Below, in pieces: positions 9,045-19,498 of a stretch of 64,000 nucleotides of DNA. The notes beneath the pieces were generated by a model, which saw nothing but the letters and a program-made list of their open reading frames with translations, was not told the DNA's origin and ran no database searches. A program made the position numbers and the translations under genes. Within the stretch, counting starts at the first letter, position 1; every line of letters starts with the position of its first letter. Source of the stretch: Promethearchaeota archaeon (GTDB lineage Archaea > Asgardarchaeota > Thorarchaeia > Thorarchaeales > Thorarchaeaceae); the NCBI GenBank assembly GCA_014728035.1, contig WJMJ01000062.1:23558-87557 (forward strand). Direction: 5' to 3'.

Positions 9045-10844
9045 GTGATAAAATTGAGCGAAGATAATGAACACAAAACCGTCGTTATTGACCTAGAGGA
9101 AACCGAAAGAAGTAGAATCGGTGAACTCAGCGATTTGGAAGCAAGCGAAGCCTCTGGTGTACTGAGTGTTAACAACATTTCAGAAGCAAATAGAATCTGG
9201 AATGTTCGAGTACTTCTTAATGATAGCCGTACAAAAACCAGCTATTCAGAGGATGTATTGCAAGCCGGAGAGATTGATACGGGTGGAAGATGGGAGAGTC
9301 AATACACAATCACTATTGATAAACCAATTCTCACTCTAACAGAAGTATATGACACATGTCAAACAGTAGAAACAGAGTTACCACATTGGGCATATGTTCA
9401 TGGAAAAGACAATCCAGTCAAAATTACCATTGTTGTCAAGAATGAAACGGATGGGCAGATGGACAATATCATTCTAAATAAGACCATACCTCCAGAATTA
9501 ATGGATGTCAAAATAGAGAGTTCAAAATCAGGTGTAGCTGAATATGATGAGGGGACAAGACAAATCGTCTGGAAAGACTTCATCATCTATCCCAATGAAG
9601 ACTCTCAGATAGTCATTACTGCAACAGCAAATGTTGAAGATGTAGAACCGAAAAATGCAGGGGAAATAGTGGTAACATATAGAGCAGAAGGCCAGCAAAG
9701 ATCAGCGTTACTACCTGATATGACCGCGCTCACAGAATTCCTCTCTGGAATTGACACTGCTGAAACACAGCCAAATCAGTGGGAAGTCACATTAGAGTGT
9801 GGAAATGAGAGCGACCTCATGGTTAGGTTGGATAAAGCCGCTGTAATTCTAACACCTGAAGATGGTGGAGCTGATACCAAAATGATTGATGAAACGCCTT
9901 CAGCAAAACTAGCACCTGGTGAGGAATGGAGTGCATCATTTGAGATTGAAAGTAAATCACCACCTCAATGTACACCTGAAGTTACGTATACACCAATGAG
10001 AGTGATTACAAATAGGGTGCTTGGTACTGTTGAGAAAGTGCCACAAACAATTCCAGTATACAAGATAGAATATACCAAGGTATTTGATCCACCAGAAGTC
10101 AATAGCTTCGACAAAACACCTGTGGAAGTCGAAATTGAATTAAAGAATGCTGGAACTGCTAGACTGAATGAGATAATAATAATTGATCAAATGCCTGACG
10201 ACATAATGCCACCAAAAGCAGAACATGTTTCAATATGGATTCGAGGAGAAGAATACACTGGTGAGTTTGATTTAGTTATCGACCCAGATGACCAAAATCC
10301 GGAAGTTCCACACCAGATTACTATTCATATCAAAAATCTGAAAGATTCTGTAGGAGAAATTCAACCAGGAGAAGTTGTCAAAGTCAATTATGCTATCATG
10401 GCGTGGCGAAATAGACCTGAGAAGGAGTATCCGTCACCAATCCATTGTAAAGCAAATACGTTCCCACCAGGGCTCGAAGCAGAAGTTTCTAGTCCAGAAG
10501 ATGGCCATAAATTGGGAATTGTCTACAAGAAGAGACGAATCTCTGTTAAGAAGGCAATCAACAAGGGAGCGAATCCTGGAGAATATACTGTTGTACTCAT
10601 CGTGGAAAACAAGGGTGAAGTCACAGTTGAGAATGTAGAAGTGACAGATTGGATTCCAATGGGCTTTGAATTTGTATCGGTTGACCCAGCAGATGAATCC
10701 CCGACATTGAGTAATATTGCAGATGGTACCAACATGGTGTGGAAATGGACCAGGATGAACCCAGGCGACAAGACAAAACTCAGAGTTGCTGTCCAAGGAG
10801 AAGGAGAATACGAACGACGAGAGCCTGCAGTGGCTTCAGATTAA
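9045..10844 (+). CDS. Cytoplasmic all-beta protein: N-terminal mu-homology-domain-like (AP-mu/delta-COP) region plus DUF11/Ig-like domains
   Basis: No signal peptide or TM. VVIDLEETERSRIGELSDLEASEASGVLSV and NIILNKTIPPEL...GVAEYDEGTRQIVW...IVVTY...S follow the MHD strand pattern. Start may be TTG at 9054 (GGTGA SD). Confidence 0.65.
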   Translation: MIKLSEDNEHKTVVIDLEETERSRIGELSDLEASEASGVLSVNNISEANRIWNVRVLLNDSRTKTSYSEDVLQAGEIDTGGRWESQYTITIDKPILTLTEVYDTCQTVETELPHWAYVHGKDNPVKITIVVKNETDGQMDNIILNKTIPPELMDVKIESSKSGVAEYDEGTRQIVWKDFIIYPNEDSQIVITATANVEDVEPKNAGEIVVTYRAEGQQRSALLPDMTALTEFLSGIDTAETQPNQWEVTLECGNESDLMVRLDKAAVILTPEDGGADTKMIDETPSAKLAPGEEWSASFEIESKSPPQCTPEVTYTPMRVITNRVLGTVEKVPQTIPVYKIEYTKVFDPPEVNSFDKTPVEVEIELKNAGTARLNEIIIIDQMPDDIMPPKAEHVSIWIRGEEYTGEFDLVIDPDDQNPEVPHQITIHIKNLKDSVGEIQPGEVVKVNYAIMAWRNRPEKEYPSPIHCKANTFPPGLEAEVSSPEDGHKLGIVYKKRRISVKKAINKGANPGEYTVVLIVENKGEVTVENVEVTDWIPMGFEFVSVDPADESPTLSNIADGTNMVWKWTRMNPGDKTKLRVAVQGEGEYERREPAVASD

Positions 10845-10860
10845 TAAAAAATCACCCATG

Positions 10861-10891
10861 AGAATTGTGGGGCAATTAAGCCCCCAATTCT
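10861..10891. terminator. Stem-loop between convergent genes
   Basis: AGAATTG(T)GGGGC-AATTAA-GCCCC-CAATTCT. Confidence 0.6.
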
Positions 10892-10896
10892 ACACT

Positions 10897-11262
10897 TTAT
10901 TTCGAAACAGTTTCTTTTTCCAAAGCACTAATTTCTTCACGAGTTGCTTCTAGTTCCTTGTCAATATCTTCAAGAGGGATATAATCGTCATCATCTTCAA
11001 GATGGGTGTCAAGTGTATACATGACTTGAAAACCAGATAACGTCTTATGTAGAGCATTGGCGGTTTCAATTATTGCACTCCCGAGGTCAGCTTCCTCCAT
11101 CTCACCATTTGATTCATGACGATAGATGAAGTCGTATGCTCCTCTAATAGGCGTGAAGCCAAGTTCGAGAAGCTTGTTAATTACTGCTGCTGGAGATGCA
11201 CCTTCACTGTTGAACCATACTGATACACGAGTCACATAATTTGGCATGATTGTATACCTCAA
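10897..11262 (-). CDS. Conserved archaeal hypothetical protein (FNSEGASP...GF...GxYDF motif) with acidic coiled-coil tail
   Basis: ORF with gene-like composition; GAGGT SD suggests the start is at MPNY. Confidence 0.75.
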   Translation of the reverse strand: MRYTIMPNYVTRVSVWFNSEGASPAAVINKLLELGFTPIRGAYDFIYRHESNGEMEEADLGSAIIETANALHKTLSGFQVMYTLDTHLEDDDDYIPLEDIDKELEATREEISALEKETVSK

Positions 11263-11335
11263 ATTCTTTCGGATAGATTCAATCCTTTTTGATTTCCTTT
11301 AAGCCTTTTCTGACTAGCTCTTTTTCTAGATTTCC

Positions 11336-12427
11336 CTATATATGATGCATTAAAGATACATCTTCATGGGATAGAATGTGTTGCCATTCTCGTTTACAGT
11401 CACAGGATAAACTCCCAAAGACGATTGGATTTTGTTCGAGGGAAAACGACCTAATTGCTTTAACAAAGGAGGTATCACAATCTCCACAATTGTGTGTTCC
11501 TCTAGACTTGCCTGCAGCAACAGGATCACATACAATAGTTACTTGGGAATCCACTGCTTCACGAGCCTGTTTCAAAATCTCAACAACTGTCCATAACCAA
11601 GGTGGCCGATAATCCCGAGCTCTCCAGAGTTTTTCAACTAGAGTATAAGACTGTACATTGACCGGATTAACAGACACTGTCGAAACTCCGAGTTCTGCAG
11701 CTTTCACAATAGTTGAAACTGAATCAAGCAATGCATCTCGTTCTGTAAGAAAGGGAGGTTTTACAAGGACATATGCTCTAATTCCAATGTTGTATTCTTT
11801 ACAGGTTTCTAATGCTTTTGTGAAATCATCGAGAGTAAATCCTTTGTTAATACATATAGATCGAATACTATCGCTGATGCTTTCAAGTCCGATACCAATC
11901 TCAACGATTCTATCACCTAAAATGCATCGGATATCACTCATTAGAGAGTCATTAACATACTCTGGACGTGATTCAATTACTACTTGCTCAACTCGGTCAT
12001 CTTCACTTATTTTTTGAAGAATTTCGGACCTTGCACTATCCGATACTTCTCTCGAGTCTAGGAAACTACCACTTGTATACAGCTTGACGGATATAGGAGA
12101 CTCCTTGTCATCAACAGCATGCATTGCAGTTTGAAACTGGTGTACTATCTGCTCACTAGTAGGTGGCTCTTCAGTCCCATCCAGAAGATAGCTACACATT
12201 GTACAACCGCCAGACTCGCTAGAAGCATGAGAACATCCAACAGTTGAAAGAACAATAGAAAGAGCTGTACCAATCTTATTACCTAACCGAGTAGGTACAA
12301 TCCATTTTGATGCAGGACGACTGAGGTCTCGTTTCTTTCTCTTTTTAATTGAATCTTTTCTCGCTGTTCTAGCTATCTCCGCAATTGCATCACGTAGAAT
12401 ATTGTTTTGATTGGCCATGGCTATCAC
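11336..12427 (-). CDS. raSEA: Archaeosine biosynthesis radical SAM protein RaSEA
   Basis: GCSHASSESGGCTMC, KLYTSGSFLD, ESRPE, KPPFL, YRPPWLW, RGTHNCGDC; adjacent to arcS. Confidence 0.9.
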   Translation of the reverse strand: MIAMANQNNILRDAIAEIARTARKDSIKKRKKRDLSRPASKWIVPTRLGNKIGTALSIVLSTVGCSHASSESGGCTMCSYLLDGTEEPPTSEQIVHQFQTAMHAVDDKESPISVKLYTSGSFLDSREVSDSARSEILQKISEDDRVEQVVIESRPEYVNDSLMSDIRCILGDRIVEIGIGLESISDSIRSICINKGFTLDDFTKALETCKEYNIGIRAYVLVKPPFLTERDALLDSVSTIVKAAELGVSTVSVNPVNVQSYTLVEKLWRARDYRPPWLWTVVEILKQAREAVDSQVTIVCDPVAAGKSRGTHNCGDCDTSFVKAIRSFSLEQNPIVFGSLSCDCKREWQHILSHEDVSLMHHI

Positions 12428-14334
12428 TTCACTTTGTGACGGAATGAAATTGCTTCTCCGTAATCAAGTTCACACATTTCTCTACCAGACATCTCACTTC
12501 GTCCAACAGCAACAACATTGTTGTCTTCGTTCAACACAATCACCTCATCACCAGGCCGTATAGAATAATCAGCATTCTTCACACCTACTGCAAAAAGAGC
12601 GCCTCCACGAACTTTGGCTCCTTCAAATCGGGCCCAGTATTTTTCAAGAGGTTGAATCAGTTCTCCACCATAAAGGGTGAGTGAGAGAGAGCCATTGCTT
12701 GCAACAAATGCACAAGTCTGTTCTTTGTCAATTTTACTAAGAACCATCCGGTATAGTTTTCCTTTTAGTTTAGCTTTGTCAGGAATTAGGAGATTTCCCG
12801 CACTAGTTCCAAATTGAAAATCTGCAGTTGCTCTGAGTGTGTCTCTAAGTTCTGTAGAAGGACTAGGTTCTAGATTTTGATCGCGTTTCAATTTTTCGAG
12901 CGTTTTCGATAGGTTCGTCAGAGACTCCCTCCGCGTTGCTGAACCTGATATTTCTGTATAGATGATGTTTTGGCGAATTTTATTCTCCGCGAGTTCAATA
13001 ATTGATCGATAACCCCCAGTTGCATGTGCGACAACAGGAACAGATTTGTCAAATTTTCCAAGATGGTCCACTAACGTATCGGCAGCAATGTGTAACTCTT
13101 CCGCATCCCAGTTTCCAGTTACAGGTATGTCATAATTAGCTGCAGGAAATATACGTTCGAGCTCGCGAGGGACAAGACCAAGAGGTGAAGTAAGAATAAC
13201 TTCAGACAGTTGATGCTTGACAGAACCAAGTGCTGAATCAATTGCACGTTGAAACCTTTTATGGGATCTAGAATCAGAATAGGGTTTTCTAGCTGAACAC
13301 GGTAAGAGTAATACAGCTTTTTTCTGTGTGGGTGGTTGATATCGATTCTTTACAAAATCTCTGAATCGTCTAACTAAAGGAGCGAAATAAGACTCGGGAC
13401 CAATTAGTGGCACTATACCTGAACCTGCAGTTGGAGTAAATTCCTCCAGATATGAATAAAATATAGAATCAATTCTACGTAGAAATCCCACCATATTTGG
13501 ATTTGCATGAGTTAGACTCTCAATGAACCATCGAAGCCGACCATTGTTAGCCATCTGTATGCTCTGAGAAAGGATAACTCGATACAATGTAAGATTATGA
13601 TGGAAGAGAACATCAAAACGCTGCTTGTCTTGTAGATTGTTAATAATTACATCATTGCATGCAGGACATGAACAGAAACGCTCTTCGGAATGTTCATCAA
13701 AGGTTTCGGGGACAAACTTCCACAACCGAATATCTTGTGCAGCTGCTTCTTGTGCTCTACTTACATCAATTATGTCGAACCCCAAGTAAATCAAAAGAGG
13801 AAGCATGTATGGTTCAATTCTGCCCAAAGCAAATACGGTCCAAGAAAGGGGAGTTGACACTCTCAACCGAATTGAATGCAAATCTTTTTGCCCAAGGTCA
13901 CCATCAAATTGAAAGGACGATGAACGAATTCCAAACGAGTTTCCCTCAGAAATGAAAGCAGTAAATGTGTCCAATGGAAGATTCGGATTCGTCCTAAGGA
14001 CTGCACGAGAACAGGTTTCCGAGTCTGAATATTCAAGCACACTCATTTGATACTTAAGCAGTGATCTGTGCGATTCAGCATTGAACAATGAAGTGTTTGG
14101 TATTGACGGTAGGAAGAAGGGTTCAGAGCCTATTGGAACACTTGATTTTGTAGTAAGAGGGGGTAGGGCCAATAAGGAGAGAGATTCCCTGCAGAACTCC
14201 CTATCAAGTACACAGAAAGGTAGATCTGTTCCAGGCCCGGAGAGAGCAGGTAAATCTATTCTTTTATCACTGGTCTCAAATTCTCCTTGCCGTATCGGAC
14301 CATCGTGACCTTTACTAAACAAAAACCGTGTCAT
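12424..14334 (-). CDS. arcS: Archaeosine synthase subunit ArcS (TGT-like, DUF5591 and PUA domains)
   Basis: LLLPCSARKPYSDSRSH, TSPLGLVPRELE, YDIPVTGNW, C-terminal PUA (IRPGDEV). Confidence 0.9.
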   Translation of the reverse strand: MTRFLFSKGHDGPIRQGEFETSDKRIDLPALSGPGTDLPFCVLDREFCRESLSLLALPPLTTKSSVPIGSEPFFLPSIPNTSLFNAESHRSLLKYQMSVLEYSDSETCSRAVLRTNPNLPLDTFTAFISEGNSFGIRSSSFQFDGDLGQKDLHSIRLRVSTPLSWTVFALGRIEPYMLPLLIYLGFDIIDVSRAQEAAAQDIRLWKFVPETFDEHSEERFCSCPACNDVIINNLQDKQRFDVLFHHNLTLYRVILSQSIQMANNGRLRWFIESLTHANPNMVGFLRRIDSIFYSYLEEFTPTAGSGIVPLIGPESYFAPLVRRFRDFVKNRYQPPTQKKAVLLLPCSARKPYSDSRSHKRFQRAIDSALGSVKHQLSEVILTSPLGLVPRELERIFPAANYDIPVTGNWDAEELHIAADTLVDHLGKFDKSVPVVAHATGGYRSIIELAENKIRQNIIYTEISGSATRRESLTNLSKTLEKLKRDQNLEPSPSTELRDTLRATADFQFGTSAGNLLIPDKAKLKGKLYRMVLSKIDKEQTCAFVASNGSLSLTLYGGELIQPLEKYWARFEGAKVRGGALFAVGVKNADYSIRPGDEVIVLNEDNNVVAVGRSEMSGREMCELDYGEAISFRHKVK

Positions 14335-14344
14335 GTCATCATCT

Positions 14345-16981
14345 CTATACTAGTGGTTGATAACCCAAATAATCATCAATATCTACCGAGGTCTCAGTAT
14401 GTTCTAGTATTCTCTTTATACTATCTAAAGCACCATATCTGAACAGAGGACTATTATTATTTCCACAATAATACGAGTAGGTGCATAAAGGACATCCATC
14501 AACCGTCTTGCAGTCACACTCTTTGAGTATTGTTTTTGTTCTTCTTAGAGCTTCATCGAACCTTTTGAATAGCAGCTTTGAAGCACCATTTCCCCCAGGG
14601 CTTCCGTCGTACACAAAGATGATACCAGAATCCCCCATTGAAACACCCCCAATCTCTCTAGTTCCACCACCAGTTAACATGTCACTTGATTCGATTATCA
14701 CATGTTCTAAAGCATGAAAAGAACCACCATAAAGCTCAGCTGGACCCATAACAGGACCTTCTAACTGATTCAACTTTCCGGCAATGTATTCATTGATAGG
14801 TTTGACTGGCTCAGGTGCACGAAAAGCGAATCCACGAGTACTGAATTTGTACTCGATAGGGAGAGGAAGATCTAATCGTTCTAAAACCTTACCAGATCGT
14901 GTTTCTCTTTTCATATATCCATAAACGGTTTGTGTCATCTCTAGAGTACAATAGAGCATTTTCAACCCAAGAATAGTTTCTTCTTCATTAACACTGATAA
15001 TTTCTGGAAAAGTTTGATAAAGTGGTCGAGTATGAAAAGAACGGTCTTCAAGAGGAACTACTTTTGCTCTCCCAAGACCTGGAGTATATTTGAAATCAAC
15101 AGACATGAAATTCTGTCCTCCATGCAAATACACAGCTCCAGGATGCAGTTCTTGAGCAGCCATTGGCATTGACCTCTCACCAAGAGTTTTCTTATCTAGC
15201 TTGATTTGAACGGTATCCCCGATACCGCGAATGCTATAACTGCGCCATTTTTTCTGAGCGGTTTCATAGTTTGCAACTCTAACATTGCCATCAGAGTCGA
15301 TACGTAATAATCCTTCATCAACCAGTTTGTCGAGAATCTTTCCCTGTTTCGGAAATGTTGAAACATGCAGTTTGTTACTGAAAGCAGCAGCAATGAGTTG
15401 ATAATAACTCACCACTTCGTTATCAGGTTCCATATACGCCGCGTCAACATCTGTGAAATATTTGTCTGGCTTGTGTTTGTAGAAAGAAGAAATCGGATCC
15501 TTTTCACGAAGAGCTAACACTGCAACACTTTCTTGCCCTTTTCTTCCAGCTCTGCCAATTCGCTGTGTCAGTCGTGTTATTGAAACAATCATACTCACAA
15601 CACTGTCTAAATCACCAATATCTATCCCAAGTTCCAAGGTTGGTGTAGAAACCAAGACTTGAAGCTTACCAGATTTGAACTGATTCTCAACTCTATTACG
15701 ATACTTCTTTGGCAACCCAGCACGATGAACCATGGAACGAATACCAATATCGCGAAGAAGCATGTTGAGAACTTCGGCTTCCGAATGAGTGTTTCCAAAT
15801 ACGAGAGTCTTAAATCCACCAGCACGAAGCATGCGGACTAAGTTTACAATCATACCATACTTACTTCTGACCTCTGGATAAAACATCATAAAATGGATAG
15901 GCCCTCGTTTTGCAGAGGTTGATTCAATGAGTTGACAATCCGTATCAAAAAGCAAATCTGCAAACTCTTTCGGGTTTGATATAGTTGCAGAAGCACCTAT
16001 CTTCTGAAACTCGCCAGATTCCAACTCTAATCGTTTTAAGATATAGTAGACATTTGAACCCATTGACCCAGTATAGAGATGAATCTCATCAAGTACTACG
16101 TATTTGACTGTTCGAAGAAGGGGAATAAGCTGAGACCTCGTATATCCAAGATGGTAATGAAGTACATCAGGATTAGTAAGAAGTAGGTCAGGTGGTTGAT
16201 CATAGATTTTTCGTCTATCAGTCTGAGCTACATCTCCATCGAAAATACTTACTGTTAAACTGGATTTTTCGCACATCTGTTTGATTTTCTCAAATTGGTC
16301 TCGTGCAAGAGCTTTAGTTGGATATATTAGTAGAGCTCTAACTCCAGGATTCATAAAACTCTCTTGAATGGTCTCGGTTAGTTTTTGTATAATAGGAAGA
16401 ATAAAACCCTCAGTTTTCCCTTGTGCAGTAGGAGCAGCTATAACCGCATTCTTTCCAGACTGTATGGCATCGAATGCTTCTTCCTGAAACCGATAGAGGT
16501 TCCCGATTCCTTTTTTCTTTAGAAAACTTTTGAGTTGGCGAGAAATCACCAATTCATCGATAGTGCAACCATATTCAGCATCGGTTGCAGGCATGTATTC
16601 ATATTTTACAAGGTAATCTACACCTGCATCAAGGATAGAGGATATTTCTATTGGAATCTTGGAGAAGGAAGTACCTCCTTTTTCGATTATTTCTCGTATC
16701 TCTGTTTCAGATTGTACTTTGCTGTGCTTTCGTGTTTTTCTAGTTTTTCTTCCTGTTGAAGCAGGCTTAGATGGAAAATACTTTGATGATTCGGATGGAA
16801 TCTTTCCAGATTGAATAGCCTTTGTGTAGGCATCATATGCATCAAATAAATCGGTATTCTTTCCACCAATAGATAATTCAGCACCACACCCTGTGCAGAG
16901 AACAGTCCAAACTGGGCCACCCTGTTTGATATCCAGTTTTGAACCACACTTTGCACAATGTAGGACAGGCATTTTAATCAC
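14345..16981 (-). CDS. SF2 DEAH helicase, Hrq1/MrfA/SftH-like, with DUF1998 and N-terminal Zn ribbon
   Basis: APTAQGKT, DEIH, SAT, TLELGID, QRIGRAGR, C-terminal CDC...GCPLC...C. Confidence 0.9.
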   Translation of the reverse strand: MIKMPVLHCAKCGSKLDIKQGGPVWTVLCTGCGAELSIGGKNTDLFDAYDAYTKAIQSGKIPSESSKYFPSKPASTGRKTRKTRKHSKVQSETEIREIIEKGGTSFSKIPIEISSILDAGVDYLVKYEYMPATDAEYGCTIDELVISRQLKSFLKKKGIGNLYRFQEEAFDAIQSGKNAVIAAPTAQGKTEGFILPIIQKLTETIQESFMNPGVRALLIYPTKALARDQFEKIKQMCEKSSLTVSIFDGDVAQTDRRKIYDQPPDLLLTNPDVLHYHLGYTRSQLIPLLRTVKYVVLDEIHLYTGSMGSNVYYILKRLELESGEFQKIGASATISNPKEFADLLFDTDCQLIESTSAKRGPIHFMMFYPEVRSKYGMIVNLVRMLRAGGFKTLVFGNTHSEAEVLNMLLRDIGIRSMVHRAGLPKKYRNRVENQFKSGKLQVLVSTPTLELGIDIGDLDSVVSMIVSITRLTQRIGRAGRKGQESVAVLALREKDPISSFYKHKPDKYFTDVDAAYMEPDNEVVSYYQLIAAAFSNKLHVSTFPKQGKILDKLVDEGLLRIDSDGNVRVANYETAQKKWRSYSIRGIGDTVQIKLDKKTLGERSMPMAAQELHPGAVYLHGGQNFMSVDFKYTPGLGRAKVVPLEDRSFHTRPLYQTFPEIISVNEEETILGLKMLYCTLEMTQTVYGYMKRETRSGKVLERLDLPLPIEYKFSTRGFAFRAPEPVKPINEYIAGKLNQLEGPVMGPAELYGGSFHALEHVIIESSDMLTGGGTREIGGVSMGDSGIIFVYDGSPGGNGASKLLFKRFDEALRRTKTILKECDCKTVDGCPLCTYSYYCGNNNSPLFRYGALDSIKRILEHTETSVDIDDYLGYQPLV

Positions 16982-17121
16982 CGATTAGCAAAGGTTTGCA
17001 GGATACAAATCTTATCAAAGTTTGGCACTAACACTGATTCTCATTATGAATGAGAGTTTCTGAAAACTAAATCAATCTACATTTAGTTTAAGCTACACTA
17101 GTAACATTTAATCAGACTAAA

Positions 17122-18219
17122 ATGGATATACGAATATTATTTTGTGAGGGACCGCAAGTGGAAAAGCATCGAATGGTAAGTCAGATAATATCCGATAATA
17201 TGGACCAATTAGTTGAGGAACTTATCTCATGTCAATGGGAAATAGATACAGAAATAGCAGATCGATATTCTGAACCGCTCATTGAAAAATGCAAAGAGGA
17301 TATTGCATATCACCTGGAATTTTTAGCAACAGCAGTTCGAGTTCAGAGTACTGCAATCTTCAACTCGTATTTGAGATGGACAAAAGTGCTATTCTCAAAT
17401 CTTGGAGTTCCAGAAAAGGAATTTTTAGATAATCTTGAGTGTATTAAGAAAATTTTACCTGCATATCTTTCAGATGAGATTCAAAATATACCAATTGAGT
17501 ATATAGATATAGGAATCAAAGAGCTCGCTTTGGCTAGCTCAGACCTTCCCACATTGATGGGAGAAGATATCCCTATGGCTGCTATAGCAACACAGTATCT
17601 CGACGCACTCCTGAAGGGGAATCGCCGTGCTGCAAGTGCACTGATTATGGATACAGTGAATGAAGGTAGAGAGATAAAAGAGATATATCTGAATATTTTC
17701 GAAAGAACTCAATACGAAATTGGTAGACTTTGGCAAACAAATCAAATCAATGTCGCTCAGGAACACTATTGTACTGCAGCAACACAACTCATTATGGCAC
17801 AATTATATCCATATCTCTTTAGTTCGAAAAAGAAGAATCTCAATATGGTAGCAACTTGTATCTCAGGAGAATTGCATGAGATTGGAATCAGAATGGTGGC
17901 TGACTTGTTTGAGATTGACGGATGGAATACATTCTACTTGGGTGCAAGTACACCGAGAAAAGACATTATTCAAACAATAATAGATAGAGATGTTCAATTA
18001 GTTGCAATCTCAGCCACTTTGCCAACCAATATACCTGAAGTACAGGAATTGATAGAAGAAATTCGAGCTCAGGACAATCTCACACATGTTAAAATTATTG
18101 TTGGAGGACGTCCATTCGGAATGGACCCAAATCTTTGGAAAACTGTTGGAGCAGACGGAACAGCACGAAATGCTGAAGATGCAGTTAAAGTAGGAAACAT
18201 GCTTGTTCAAGGAGATTGA
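17122..18219 (+). CDS. Cobalamin-binding sensor (CarH-type B12 module) with N-terminal globin/phycobiliprotein-like domain; photocobilin-like
   Basis: W-x9-EH (WQTNQINVAQEH), GELHEIG, IIVGG; N-terminal KCKEDIAYHL. Confidence 0.8.
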   Translation: MDIRILFCEGPQVEKHRMVSQIISDNMDQLVEELISCQWEIDTEIADRYSEPLIEKCKEDIAYHLEFLATAVRVQSTAIFNSYLRWTKVLFSNLGVPEKEFLDNLECIKKILPAYLSDEIQNIPIEYIDIGIKELALASSDLPTLMGEDIPMAAIATQYLDALLKGNRRAASALIMDTVNEGREIKEIYLNIFERTQYEIGRLWQTNQINVAQEHYCTAATQLIMAQLYPYLFSSKKKNLNMVATCISGELHEIGIRMVADLFEIDGWNTFYLGASTPRKDIIQTIIDRDVQLVAISATLPTNIPEVQELIEEIRAQDNLTHVKIIVGGRPFGMDPNLWKTVGADGTARNAEDAVKVGNMLVQGD

Positions 18220-18222
18220 TTC

Positions 18223-19422
18223 ATGAGTAGGGTGAAGGCTTCAAGAGGATTCGTAATAATTACGGATAATCATGGACAAATCTCCGATGTACTCCGAGAT
18301 GACCTAGAACTCTTTGATTCAGAAAAAGACTTTCCCAAACTAATTGACATAATGGATAACGAGAGTAAATCAAAAGCAGAATCCTTTCTCTCAGCACTAC
18401 GAACTGAGCAAGCAATCTACGGATGGGAGATGAACATCTTACTTCATGGCGAGATAACTTTAGTATATTTTGTTGGAGCAAGACATCAAAACAATCTACT
18501 TCTAATTGGCTCAACAGACCCTTACGGAACCCATAGTTATTTTGATGAACTCGTTCAAATAAATAATGAACAGGTGAATGCGTTTAGAAGAGCCCTAAAA
18601 GATGTCTTCATGGCAACTTTGAGTGAAACTCAACAGATTGAAGAAATTTATACTCGATTTATGGAGCTCAATAACGAATTAGCTTCCATGCAGAGAAATC
18701 TAGCTAGAAAAAACAGAGAATTGGAAAAATTAAATGAACAGAAAAACAAATTCATTGGAATGATGGCTCACGATCTAAGAAGCCCATTAGGATCAATCTA
18801 CTTGTTAAGTGAATTCATTCTCATGAGCGGAAAAGAAAGACTGAGTGAGGATGAAAAAGAAGCTCTGGAACAAATTGTACAGATGAGCGAGTATATGTCA
18901 AATATTATCAGTGATTTGCTCGACATTTCCGTCATCGAATCTGGCAACTTATCATTAGACCTTCAAAAAGCTGATATCTCAGAATCAATTCAACGTTGTA
19001 TAAAATTGAATCAGTTGTTTGCAGATGAAAAGTCCATCTCAATCATCTCATCACAAAAAGGAGGAGATATTCCGGTGACGATGATGGATATCTCCAAAGT
19101 AGACCAAGTAATAAATAACTTACTCAGCAATGCAATAAAATATTCACCAAGATCTACAACAATACGGATAGTAACACAGGTTGTGGATAAGACAATTGTC
19201 ATAGATGTTTCTGATGAAGGACAGGGAATTCCAAAGAGAGAGTTAGGACGTCTGTTCAAACCATATGGAAAAACTAGTATCGAAACAACTGGAGGCGAAA
19301 AAAGCACAGGTCTTGGGCTAATGATTGTAAAACGGATTGTAGAAGAACATGGCGGCAATATTTGGGTAGAAAGTGTTTATGGCAAAGGCTCAACTTTTTC
19401 CTTTTCCATTCCAATTACCTAA
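18223..19422 (+). CDS. Soluble sensor histidine kinase (PAS-like, coiled coil, HisKA, HATPase)
   Basis: AHDLRSPL (H box), NLLSNAIKY (N), DEGQGI (G1), GLGL (G2). Confidence 0.93.
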   Translation: MSRVKASRGFVIITDNHGQISDVLRDDLELFDSEKDFPKLIDIMDNESKSKAESFLSALRTEQAIYGWEMNILLHGEITLVYFVGARHQNNLLLIGSTDPYGTHSYFDELVQINNEQVNAFRRALKDVFMATLSETQQIEEIYTRFMELNNELASMQRNLARKNRELEKLNEQKNKFIGMMAHDLRSPLGSIYLLSEFILMSGKERLSEDEKEALEQIVQMSEYMSNIISDLLDISVIESGNLSLDLQKADISESIQRCIKLNQLFADEKSISIISSQKGGDIPVTMMDISKVDQVINNLLSNAIKYSPRSTTIRIVTQVVDKTIVIDVSDEGQGIPKRELGRLFKPYGKTSIETTGGEKSTGLGLMIVKRIVEEHGGNIWVESVYGKGSTFSFSIPIT

Positions 19423-19498
19423 GACGTTATGCAAAGTATTTTAAGCATTTGTGCAATTGTCATGCACATACGACCCGTGCCACGGGAGATTGAATAAT

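Noticed and set aside
11336-14334. arcS-raSEA pair as a novel system
   Set aside because: This is the known archaeosine pathway.
17039-17055. Palindrome TCTCATT-ATG-AATGAGA upstream of the B12 sensor
   Set aside because: Single short AT-rich instance with no second copy; cannot be distinguished from chance.
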